DNA of 64,000 bases from Rhizodiscina lignyota. Taxonomy: Eukaryota. The stretch lies in NCBI GenBank assembly GCA_010015805.1, contig ML978122.1, positions 2,204,453-2,268,452 of the forward strand, in the 5' to 3' direction. Positions within the stretch are counted from its first letter, which is position 1. Every line of letters begins with the position of its first letter. Positions 48,688 to 60,824 of the stretch are shown one piece after another. The notes under the pieces were generated by a model that ran no database searches, was not told where the DNA came from, and was given only the letters and a program-made list of their open reading frames with translations. A program made the translations under genes and the position numbers.

Positions 48688-50115
48688 ATGGCGGATCCTG
48701 ACCCGCTCTGTGCGAATTGCCCCAAGCCGCACAGCAAAATCTGTGCAGGATGCCGCAGCATCCATTACTGCTCAAAGAAGTGTCAGAAAGCTGACTGGCC
48801 TACTCACAAGCTCCTCTGTCGCTCATTTGCCACATTTGATATCTCGACCAGGCCAACCGAATGGCACTACCGAGCGATCCTCTTTCCGACAGATGAGCGC
48901 ACACCTCACTTTATCTGGGTGTTTGGGCTTTGGAAAATTCTTCCGGGGTGTCAATACCAGTGCTACGAGACAGCAGAGCTTCTGGACGGTGATTGCGGAG
49001 CTTCCATGTATATACAGGAAAACACGCGTCTTGGCCGAGAACTCAAGAACTGCATTCAAATCGAACATCGCGACGCTTTCTTGCACGATGGGTCTAAGCC
49101 AAATCTCAGCATTCGTTCTCTCACAGGATTCAAGCAATACTACAATTGGCGTGGGCCAATTGTCGTCTGCGGAAATCTCGGGGCCCCGACGAAAGAGATG
49201 TGCAGAGACATCGATATGTTGGACGTCAGGCATCTGGTAGACTACATCAACGCCTAAAATCCGGAACCGAGGCTCAGTCTAAAGCCTGTATATCTCGTTA
49301 TCGCAAAAGGAATCCGTATCAATTGCCTCGGAGATCAAGAAATATGTGGGCACAAGGTGTTCGAGCAAGTTGAGATTATCTTGAGCCATCCAATTCTCCA
49401 TAATCACGACGTACCCGACATTCCTAACCGCGTTGAAATCCCTTTGTGGACGTGGCAGTATCCACCCAACGAAAAGTGGATGAACCTCCCAGCGACGAAC
49501 TTCGGTGGCAAATCGCCGTACTCAAACTCGGCTGCATCCTATCTACACACCATTTACGAGATTGATGTGTACGATAAGTCTCTCATCAACTCCTCTGATC
49601 CCGGACCAAACGAGGCTCATGTGAACCTCAAGAATAACTGGTTTAAGGCGGCGGGCATCAAAGCGCCCTTAGGGGACTGGCCTCTGAAGTGGAAGAGGAA
49701 CGTGGGTAGCATCATGGTGATGCGTGGAGACATGATGGAACTTCACCCTGCGCATGTAAAGGCGCTTGTCAACTACTGCTTCTGGAAATACAGCGCATTC
49801 GCGCCGCTCAGCACGGGAGCCAATGACGAAGATGTCAAGGAGAAGCTAAGCGCGGAGCAGGTCCTCTCCAGCATATCCAAGGCCAGCTTTGAAGATTTTT
49901 GGAAGGGAGCACACTGGAGGGATGCGGGTTTGCAGAGTGAGTCGAACGGACAGTGGGACATCCCCGGTGAAGAGAACGCGGTATCTCCATATGACGTGAA
50001 ACCTTCGACCGAGAAACCAAGATTCTACCCAGGTAAAACCTCATTCTATGTTTCGCATCGTAAATCGCTTCTGAATTCCCTGACTGACTGTTGCAGTGGA
50101 TGCGCCTCTGCCTGA
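48688..50115 (+). pseudogene. MYND zinc-finger protein gene with an in-frame TAA at 49255-49257
   Basis: CANC...CAGCRSIHYCSKKCQKADWPTHKLLC; the same frame continues past the stop (NPEPR...KGIRINCLGD...FEQV) into ORF 49357-50115. Confidence 0.8.
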
Positions 50116-51085
50116 GACTGTGGGCAATCACGATGGGCGGGTGCTCTCGTCGCAGATAACCAGTCTGCGACATTCCTTTTTCTCAATTACAATCCGAAGT
50201 CTAAACAGTTCGTCTACGCACCGACGAAGTGGGACAGAAGAGCTAGCAGTGTTCTAGTCGTTCGCAAAGATCACAAGGATCTAGAACCGTGCCATACGAT
50301 ATAAAGCACTTCCGCTCTTTTGCACTCACATAGCGAGTACGACCCTAAAGTAGCGATCATCAATAAAACAGCATTTGTGCATGTCTCTAGGTTAATGTTC
50401 GTAATCTTTTAGTAGTTACGAAGCGAGATGGCGTTTCCGTGCAACGGTCCCTGCCGAGGTGATTCTCTGAGAAGCTCAACCAGATTTACGAGCGATGGAA
50501 CAAAATCGAGAGTCGCCTCCTGGACGGAGATGGCCTCGGTTACCTTGGGACAAGAGTTGCTCGAGCTTTGGCGTTGCAGCTCGCGCGGCAGCCCAACTAT
50601 TTTGTCAGCCCTCAAGACGTGTTCGGCAGAGATCGACGACACACTTTCAACCTTCGAATGGATGAGTTCCTGCTCAGTACAACCACATGGTTTTCAACTC
50701 CAAACTCCAACAATCCTTTCGTTGGCGCTGGTGGCCAATACTTCTCGGTTTGCTTCACGTGTTATTTCCCTTCCCCGAAGCGGTGAGTAGACTACCGTGG
50801 AAGAGGGGCTGCACGTCTGTTGAGCACTGCGCCCACTTCACACCATCAAGAGATGGAAATCTACCCTTTGCTTGTGGGCGCATCTATTGACAGTATACTC
50901 CGACCGCTAATCATGTTCGCACCAGCTCTCACGGCTGAAAAGTGTTTTGACATGTGGAACTGGTAGGTCAGCGCTCGTCTTCTCGATAAGTCTCGTCAAT
51001 CCCACCAACGGTTCACCTCTCTCATCTCTCCTCCCTCACTGTCGTTTGTTTGAGGTTTCTCGCTTGAAGCACATTGTATTCGCCA

Positions 51086-52028
51086 TGAAGGTATCAATCG
51101 CTACGATTGTCACCGCTTTGGCTGGCATTACTTGCGCATTGCCGTCAAATGATATCCAGAACGTTCAGGTCGGCCACATTCGTCATGCCGAGCGACGTCC
51201 GCAGCGTGGAACTGCCCCTACTCCTGAGGACTTCCTTAACGACGAAGCGTTTCAACCTCTTCAGGTTCATCGCGAGCGTCCAATCCGTAGACAGGCAGCT
51301 CCATGCCCAAAGAACGTGTAAGTTTTGATAGACATCCGTGCGAGTCCGAGGTTGCTAATAGTCCGTCGTAGGAACGCCGATACTCAGAGGACGAGGGGAA
51401 TTTTCCCAATCTCGCAAACCTGTTCGTGAATCATTGTCCATTTGCTTGATTCCTCCCCGGCTAACATGATGAAGTCCCTACTTACCACTTTGGAAATGTC
51501 GCTACCCCAGTCATTACTCCCGGTGATTTCTGGTAAGTCCCTCACCACCTCCAGCGCACCGTATGAGTAGCTAGTGACTAATGGAGTACAGCACAATCTT
51601 CAGATTCGTGATTCGTATGCTCCGCCCCACAGACTCTGGTCTTTAATCCACCCTACTAACCATAGGCAGCGCAAACTACACGCCAGAACACTTGTGCGAT
51701 CGAATTCATCTTCCCGGAGCTCGATCAGACTCACGCGTACTACTTCCACGGCCAGGGACACTTTTCCTTCTCAGGGTACTTCGGCTACGCTGCCAATGAC
51801 CAAGTGACCTGGAAAACCCAACCTCCTACTAACAGCTCATTGGCAACCTCGCACACTCTTAGACCTGGCAACGTCTACACGCTCAACGACCCGCACCCAG
51901 GCAACTGCTACAGCAACAGCACGAGGAATCTGGTTATCGGTGGCAGGCTCTGCTCTCGTGACTCTTACCTCGCATACTATCAGGACACTGCGCGCTGCCC
52001 GATGGGATTGTTCGTTGACGTTAGCTAA
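51086..52028 (+). CDS. Secreted But2 C-terminal-like domain protein; about 5 exons
   Basis: Signal peptide MKVSIATIVTALAGITCA; spliced GIFPISQT|FPTYHFG...CTIFRF...CAIEFIFP...YYFHGQGHFSF...PGNVYTL...YYQD...CPMGLF. Confidence 0.65.
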
Positions 52029-52857
52029 GCGTATTCCACCACGCAATGTGGAATTACCATGGGTTGTTGGGAGGGACAGGGCACACCGGAGTGGACGAGA
52101 ACGGAATTGCGACAATAGAACCACAGCAAATTTGACATAAGATATAGCGTAATTACTGCAAAGGCTTTTATCATTAGCACATTCGGCCAAATTCCATTCG
52201 TATCATATCGAGATCAGGAGCCAGCTTTCTCTGACGGTGGATTCATACATGCCCATTTTTCTTCTCCACAAAAGTTGTGCTTGCGCGACAGAGTTAATAA
52301 GGCTGAGTTCTGCGATTATTCGAAAAGGCGTGAAATGTAGTTGACATAGGATATGGGCCCTGGAGCTTTGAAATCTGAAGATTCTGCTTTTCCGCGGCTG
52401 GCTATTGTATCTGCAGGTCAGAGGGTTAGGGTTTGAAGTCGATTTCCAACGCCACGACCTCTTTCCTCACTCGACCCCTTGTTCCGTCTCAGAAGAGAGA
52501 ACCACACTGCCCGGAACAGCCAGAGGCCCAAGACTTTGCCTCCGCCCTCCCCTCGCCTGCGGCGTGCCGCTCATGTCCGTAGCTCGGTATCTATCCGCAG
52601 TGAGTTAGAGGTTAGTAATGATGCCGAGAAACTACCACTTTCGGGTGCTCAGAATGTTATCCATGTACCATTGCGGAGACAGGGGCTTAGTAAGTTGACA
52701 TCGTCACAATTAAGTATGCCAGCGATCTAGATCGATAGACCCATTTTCGTCCTCACTTTAAAGACACTTATTCCCGTGAATTGAAGTTCTATATCTACGA
52801 CTCAGTCCAGCGGTACCCCTTACATACGAATTCGAAGCTCCAACAACAGAGTTGAAA

Positions 52858-53795
52858 ATGTCAGCCCACAATCCGGTGGAAGCGTACGGCTTCACCAACA
52901 TTCCCCGCGCCTTCAGCAAGATTCTCGAGCGTGTGGACGCAAAGAACAGCAAGCCTCTACTTGTCGAAGACCTACCGTTGCCGCACTCAGATGAAGTCGC
53001 GAAGAAGGCTCATGCGTACGCAAAGGAGCATCTACCGGCGCAGACATTCAATCACTCGATGAGAGTCTTCATGTGGGGTGTGTATCATTCCATATTTGAT
53101 GTCACGTGAAGTTGATAGCCTTTGATCTGTACTCCACATCCATTATTCTCTCTAGGTTTACGAATGTCGATTTCATTTCTCATATTCAAATGCAATCCAG
53201 GTTAGGATAACAGCTTCCCAGGATCTGCTCTCCTCCAAACGCATCTTCCCGACCTCACTGCGTCTGCCTCGACTGCTTCTTTTCTCGAGACATTTTACCT
53301 ATCCTGTCTGTTGCACGACATCGGCACCACGCCGACCAACCTCAAGGCAACTCTCATGTCCTTCGAGACATACGGTGGCTATCTGGCCCTCGATCTCCTC
53401 CAGTCCTGGGGTGCAAGCAAGGCCCAAGCCGAGAGCGTCTGCGAGTGCATCGTACGGCACCAGGACCTCGGCGAGACGGGTGAGATTACGGGAGTTGGCG
53501 GGTTAGTTCAGATCGTTACGCTGTTGGGTAAGTCTTGCCCCTCTTCCCCTATTCAATTCCATTCCGACGATTTCTAATCTCTTGTGAACCAGATAACATC
53601 GGCGGCAACATCGAGCTCATCCACCAAGACACGATCGACGATGTGACGAAGGCGTACCCGCGTAACGGATGGACGTCATGCTTTGCCTCGACGATCCGTG
53701 AGGAGATTGGGCTGAAACCGTGGTGCCACTCGACTTCCATCGAAAACTTTGCAGGAAATGTCGAGAGCAACAAGGTCTGGCCGAAGTACGACTAG
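52858..53795 (+). CDS. Cyanamide hydratase family HD-domain protein (CAH / Ddi2-3-like); 3 exons
   Basis: YGFT.IPR, TFNHSMRV, LLHDIGTT, TLMSFE.YGG, IVRHQD, YPRNGW..CFA..IREE..LKPWCHST. Confidence 0.9.
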
Positions 53796-54016
53796 ATTCA
53801 ACTGATTTATGACGCATGATGCATGGAGAGAGCGGAGTCGAGAGCTCAGAGCTGCTTTGTTGCACCATAGTGGTGTTTGATGAATTTATTGCATTCTGAG
53901 TTTGTTTTGCGTTCGATAGGAACCTCTGGTCGCAGAATTTGCGGGGATGGGCTGACGCAGAGAACCGTATCGGTGGATCGATTGTGTGCATATGCTGAGG
54001 AACTGAGGGACTCGGA

Positions 54017-56154
54017 TCAATGCTTCCCCAAACGAGGTAGCTTGATGAAAGCAAGAAGAATAATGACGACAGCAAAGTAGAAGAGGGAGGAGGAGAATGT
54101 CCACCGTATCGTATCTTCGTAAGCGGCCATGACTATCAGATTCAGTTAATCAGCAAAAGCTCTCGTTAGAATTATCAACTTCGGAGTGTAGATTACCTTG
54201 CTGCTGGTGCACTGGAGGTAAACCGCCAATTGCCCTGACAGATTTCCTCACAAGCTCAATTACTTGCTGTTTATGCGGACCCGTGACATGTTCCTCTAAG
54301 CTGGTGTACAACACATTCTGCACAATCAGACTGCTGATCGCGACTCCCATTACAGTACCCAGACTTCTCCACAGCGACAGAGTAGTTGTCATGACCGCCT
54401 GTTCCTCCTTCGTGCTGACTGCGAGCGTACCAATCGTGGTAGCAGGGAATGTGAGACCCTGTCCGATGCTCAGCGGTACGATGAACAGCGTGACAACCCA
54501 CGTTGGTATCCCGGGCCAGATTGAAGTTAAAAGGATCGAACCGAGAAGCATCCACAGAGCACCAAAAAGTTGAGGTCCCTTTAAGCGGCCTGTGTATGTG
54601 ATATAATACCCCGTGGACACTCCAAAGATTGTTAATGCAAACGTCGGCGGTGCGAGACGAAACCCGGACATGGTCGGCGTGTCGAGCTTGACAGCCTGGA
54701 AATAGAGCGGGGCATTGAAAATGACGGTATTAAAGCCCATTTGCGCGAAAAAGTTCGAGAAAACCATATTTCCACGCGGACTGCTGAAAAGCAGAGGTAG
54801 TGGCATGACGGGCCGGTCAACCTTGGATTCCACGTAGATGAGAATCAAGGCACACAGGAATGAGACACACAGAGCTATAATGACCAGTGGGTGCGACCAT
54901 GGGAAGATGTTGCCGCCGAGATTGAGACCCAGGATCAGACTACCGACAAATGCCGTGAGGAAGAACGATCCAGCCCAATCAAAGCTACGGAGGATACGCC
55001 AGACAGGCTTGTCGGACGTTTTGGCAAGGTTGGGTCCAAGGCCAGATGGTGTGGTGAATACAGCAATGACCTAAAGTGCGTGGTATACGTTAGTAGATTC
55101 AGATTGCGGTGGTTTCTACTCAGTGGAACGCGCAAGTCCGGAGCAGTTTGAAATCGCGTAGAGACTCGTCAACCCAAACACCACCGAGTGTTTTTAGAGT
55201 GGCGGAGTAGATTCAAAGAATCACACAATTTTCGGGCATAGAATCTGGAGAAGGATTTGGTTCTTACCAAAAGAATAACGATAGGCGGAAGCTGGATAGC
55301 GAAAGCGCCACGCCAGCCAAGCAGATCGCATAGCACGCCACCGAATGCAGCACCGCTGGCTGAGCCAAGGCCGAAGAAGATGTTGATATATGCCTGAAAG
55401 GTACCTCGGATTTCGATTGGGACGAGATCGTTTATCATGATTGTGCCCTGGAGGGTGTTAGTCTAGATTACTTATATAAGAACTACCAGAAAGTCGATTG
55501 ACATACCATGGCCATTACGCCGCCGGCGCCCAAGCCGCAGACCGCTCTTGCAGCAATGAAAGATCCAATACTCTGCGCGAGCGCACACCATAGCGTGGTG
55601 AGTGAGAACATGGCCAGGGAGAAGATATATAGCGGTCTCCGACCGAACGTGTCTGACATTCTTCCAAAGAGCGGCTGAAATGATGTACTCGTGAGAAGGA
55701 AAGCCGTCGAAAGCCATGATGCGGCATTCGAGGCATTAAAGTAAGAAGTAATGACCGGATGGCTCGAAGCCATGAGCGTCGAGTCGAATGTGGCTACGAA
55801 ATATTGGAACAGGATCCCGCCCATGATAATCCAGAATCTCGTCTTGCTCATTCCATCATGGTATAGAGACACTGACTGAGGCTCATCATCTTCCACTGCG
55901 TTTTCATTGTCTTCCTCATTCTGAGAGGGAGCTGCTAAGGCCTCGGTGTCTGCGACCAGCCAGGCACCAGTTTGGCCTTGAGACGAATATCGTCGAACTG
56001 GAAAGCCATCGACATTTTGTTCGCTTCTGGAAGTATGTGTGCGATGAATTGGAATTCGAGAGACCCGATTCCCATCCTCTGGCGAAAGCAATGGAGTTTG
56101 CTCGCTCACTTGGCGGTCGTCCGATGTCGCAGCAGCTTCGTTTGGTGGAGACAT
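54017..56154 (-). CDS. MFS transporter, 14-TMS DHA2/VBA-like family; multi-exon
   Basis: SEQTPLL dileucine motif, FDSTLMASSHP, SWLSTAFLL, GRMSDTFGRR, ARAVCGLGAGG, PLYFQAV, WRSLG. Confidence 0.88.
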
Positions 56155-56470
56155 TGTACACGATCAACGAAAAATATACAATGATAAAGGATGCATATCG
56201 CTGATGAAGGGCAATTCTTTTAAAGAAGAGAAGGGCTGTCACATGGACCTGTACGTTATACGGCTGAACACAGTAATATGCGTTTGTTGAGCTTTAAAAT
56301 GGTAAGTATGTCACACCGGCGGAAAATGCGGCAGGAGGGCGGCGATTTTGTTAGTCATCGGAGAGGTTTCTCTTTATCTCGATTATACAAGTTCCTTATA
56401 AGATCCAATATTACCCTTGTATCCTGAAAGGACCGTATTTCAGATTATCCATTCTATCCACACAGTCAAA

Positions 56471-57332
56471 ATGAAGCCGCCTCTCCGGATAGCGATGCTG
56501 GAGTGTGACACTCCGTTGCTGAAAACAAGGGGAAAATATGGTGGCTATGGTGGCGTCTTCAAAGCCCTTTTCGAGGCTGGCGCTGATGCACTCAACATGC
56601 CGGACGTAATTTCGAGCAAGAAAGGCATGGAAATAACGACTTGGGATGTAGTTAATTCGGAGCTTTATCCGAAGCTCGAGAATGTCGACGTTGTCCTGCT
56701 TACGGGGTCAAGTGAGTTAGGGCGATGAGCATGGATCTCCTTCTGTAAAATGGATAACTGACCAGATGCAGAAAGTAATGCATTCGATAACGACCCGTGG
56801 ATTTTGAAGCTCGTTGATTTCGTTAAGGATGTGCTCGCTCAAGATCGCATTCGCATTATCGGAGTTTGCTTTGGTCATCAAATTTTAGGAAGAGCAATGG
56901 GAGTCAAAGTCGATAGGGGCAGCGGATGGGAGATTTCAGTGTGCGAAATCAATCTGTCCGCGAAAGGCAAGGAGCTGTTCAAGAAAGACAAGTTGGTGAG
57001 TATTATGTCACTGTCAGAGAATTGGCACCGACGTGTTGCAGAATCTTTATCAGATGCACAGAGATATCGTATATGGATGCCCAAGCGATGTTGAAGAGTT
57101 GGGATGGTCTCCCACGTGCAGCAATCAGGGGATGTACGTGAAGGGCAAAGTGATGACCGTCCAAGGACATCCCGAATTCACAAATCCCATCGAGACAGAG
57201 ATTATGGAAGCCCGGCATGGACAGGGAATCTTTGACGACGCGACGTTTGAAGATGGGATGAAGAGAGTGGGCTCCCACCACGACGGCGTGGCGGTAGCAC
57301 AAGCGTTCATCAGGTTCCTTTTGGAAGACTGA
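56471..57332 (+). CDS. Class I glutamine amidotransferase-like protein; 3 exons
   Basis: LRIAMLECDTP, LLTGS, GVCFGHQI, QMHRD and QGHPEF (Cys-His-Glu triad). Confidence 0.88.
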
Positions 57333-57934
57333 AGTGCCGTTTTCGTCCATCTGACACTCGTACCGCGGCTACATTTGCGTTTCAAGAGGGTGTTTCGCGT
57401 TTTGGAGGCGTCTCATTGGCTGGATAATAGAGGGTGTGCGGCGTGGATCGCGTCAGGAGTTGGTGTCAGCACGTCTGGCTTTCACCCGAATGGAGAATGT
57501 GCACACTGATGTCATTTGCATATCCCGCGGGGAAGCCTGTGAAGACGCGCGTTCGAGAAGGCCCCTTATATACAATATTAGAGCACATTGCAGGCACTTC
57601 TACTCCATAATTCCATATACACAGCCCTATCGCGCACCCGTAACACGCTTCGCAGCTGAAGTGCGCTCGCGTCCCCATTGGCCGGCTCCGCCTTCTTTAT
57701 CGTTTCCGTGGCGTCGTCCCGACCCCTGCTAGCGCCTATTTTTGTCCGCGCAATCGCCCAGCGCTCAAGAAAAGTTCGAGGCTCTGCAACAACATTCCAT
57801 TTCCCCTCTCCAAAGCTGCTTCCACCGGTCCCAAAGTCACTCGTTACTCCAATCCGTACATGAACTCTTCCTTTCACCTAATGTCATGACGACTTTCTCC
57901 TCGTAGCATTTAATACAATACCTGCATGCACTCA

Positions 57935-60421
57935 ATGGGCAAGTGTACGTATCCCTTTCCAGCCGCGCCCGCGAACGCCACTCAGGCTCTGGAACCACCA
58001 CTGACATCTGATAAGGGAATTTCGGCGTGATCCTGGATGCTGGTTCATCGGTACGTCCTATGCGACCTTCAAATAGCGCGCAAGATGAGAATTGTAAGAC
58101 TGGACGAGCCGCTGACGTTGTGCCCAGGGAACCCGTGTCCATATCTACAAGTGGAAGAAACATGAGCGAGCGCTCAAGGACGCCGATAAGAAGGACCTGC
58201 AACGCCTTCCAAAGGTGAAAACGGACAAAGACTGGACTAAGAAGATACACCCAGGTATGTTGGACGTAAGTGGCGGCCTGAACCGAGAAGCTGATCGCGT
58301 TTAGGCGTATCAACATTTGGCAACAAGCCCGAACAAGTCGGACCGGATCACCTCAAACCTTTATTCGAACATGCGCTCTCAATAATACCTAAAGATGAAG
58401 TTCCGAACACACCGATATTTCTCCTCGCGACAGCTGGCGTGCGCCTGCTGCCAGACTATGAACGCCAGACCTTGCTAAAGGAGATTTGTTCTTACGCGCA
58501 GAAGAACACAAAATTTCAACTACCGGACTGCGATATACACATACAAGTAATTCCAGGAGAGACAGAGGGTCTCTATGGTTGGATAGCGGCCAACTACCTC
58601 TTGGAGGGATTCGATAAGCCTGACGAGCATGACCATGGCAAGGGCCATCATACGTATGGATTCTTGGATATGGGTGGTGCGTCTGCGCAGATCGCATTTG
58701 CGCCAAACTCCACGGAAGCCATAAAACACGCGAATGACCTCAAGCTATTAAGATTGCGGACGGTGAATGGCGAGGCCTCAGAGTACAAGGTTTTTACTAC
58801 GACATGGCTGGGTTTCGGAGCAAATGAATCTCGACGGCGATATGTCAATGCTTTGAAGGAAACTACGAATGCAGATGAGATGGAGTTGCCGGATCCATGT
58901 CTTCCAAAGGGGCTGGAAGTCACAGAAGAAGGCAAACCTATCTCACCTGGAACAGACGAAGCCAAAGGCAAAGCTCTTAAGCTCGTTGGCACTGGCCAGT
59001 TTCAAGAATGTCTCAAACGAACGAAACCACTTCTCGAGAAAGATGCGCCATGTTTGGATGATCCATGTCTGCTGAATGGTGTTCACGTCCCTTCCATCGA
59101 CTTTGACGTTAACCACTTTGTTGGTGTATCGGAGTACTGGCACACAACCCATGAAATCTTCGAAATGGCGCACAAGGACAAGTCATATGATTGGCATACC
59201 TATCAGGACCGTGTCAACGAGTTCTGCGGTTCAAACTGGAAGGATATCGTCAAAGATGTAGAAGCGCACACATGGGGCAAGAAAGTTGATGGACAGACAG
59301 CACAAGAAGTCTGTTTCAAAGCATCGTGGCTTATCAACGTGCTCCATGAAGGCATCGGGATACCACGAGTCGGACTGGAGGATATGAATGGAAGCGGACA
59401 CAACGGCACTAAAGCTGTTCTCGACAAGGCAAAGCAGAAAGGATACCTTGAACCGTTTCAAGCCGTTAACAAGATCGAGGGAGTCGAAGTGAGCTGGACA
59501 CTTGGAAAGATGGTGCTCTACGCTTCTAGCCAAGTTCCACCAGCTGAAAAGGCCCTGGCAGTGGGCTTTGGCAGCAACATAGCGGGCATTCCCTCGGACT
59601 TCCAGCACGCAGGGGGCTCTCCACTTAATAGCGGTTATACGGGCGATGACGACGATATGGATTGGCACGATCAACTTTTCAAAGATTCTCCCCGACGAAT
59701 ACCAGGGCTCGTCATCTTCCTACTCATCGTGGCATTAGCCGCATACCTCCTCTGCGGCCGTGATCGCCGTTCAACGCTCTCTAGTAAATTCCGAAGGATG
59801 GTGGGCGGTCCAGGCACGAGTGGTTCTTCAAGGCGACGCAGGTTTCCGTTTATATCGAGCATTCCCGGCGCGAGCAAACTCTTCTCGCAGATACCTTCCG
59901 GACCCGCATACGACCGTCTCGAGACAGGCGAAGTCGAAGACACAGACTTCGAACTACCAGATATGGGCTCCCTCGCCGCCTCCGACTCCGATTCTCAAGG
60001 ATCGCCAAAAGTTGCAGGCCGCTCAAGCGGTTGGGCAACGCCACAACTCACCGCTTCTTCTTCGGCTACCCAGCTCGACGCCTCCAGACCTCTCCCATTC
60101 AGCAACAATCACCATCTCGCGCACCCACCGACATACTTTGACCTTGCACCAGGAAACGCGGGAGCGTCGCATCCGCCAAAGTCGAGCGGCGGTCTGGGAC
60201 CGGGCCTGTATAGTGGTAATGCAATGGATCGCGGTGGGTTATTGAGCCGCACGGAGAGCAGAGATCGTTTGAGCCCACCGAGTCTCGGCGGTAGCCCTAA
60301 GAGGGAGCGGGCGAGCCGTACAGGGAGTCCGACGAGGAGTATGCTGGGAATTGCAACGGGCGGGAGGAGTCCGATTTTAGGTACTGCTTTTGGGAACAAG
60401 GAGAAGGAGAGTGTGGATTGA
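57935..60421 (+). CDS. YND1: Golgi apyrase, GDA1/CD39 family; multi-exon
   Basis: Spliced GVILDAGSS|GTRVHIYKW, ATAGVRLL, GETEGLYGWIAANY, LDMGGASAQIAF, VSWTLG; single C-terminal TM helix and long cytosolic tail. Confidence 0.9.
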
Positions 60422-60824
60422 GGACTCGGAATGGATTTTGTGCTTGGGTCATGATATACCTAAATACTTGGGCCGGCGCTTGGGACGAGTCCATAGTGGA
60501 TCCTCTCGAAAATGGAATGTGCTGTCCGGGTGACAAGTCATGTCGTGATGAATACCTTTATCAGTTGTAGAAATAAGAGAATTTATTAATCAACATCATA
60601 CTCTGCGTTTTGAGTCAGGTGTGATTAAGTACTATCTGGGAACAAAGGAAACGGTCTTTGGCATGTGGTGCAATTCCTGAAGGAGACTCCAGTCTGTTTC
60701 AAACCACATTCCAGCAAACGTGCGCCCTCATCATCTTTTTGTTCACTCTGTTTAACTTGACCATCAGGCCTACTGAAGTGCGGATTTAGTCGTTTGCAGG
60801 GTGAGAGAAATGCACGGCTAAGCG

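Noticed and set aside
50409..50890. Overlapping short ORFs downstream of the MYND gene
   Set aside because: No coherent gene model or motif could be supported
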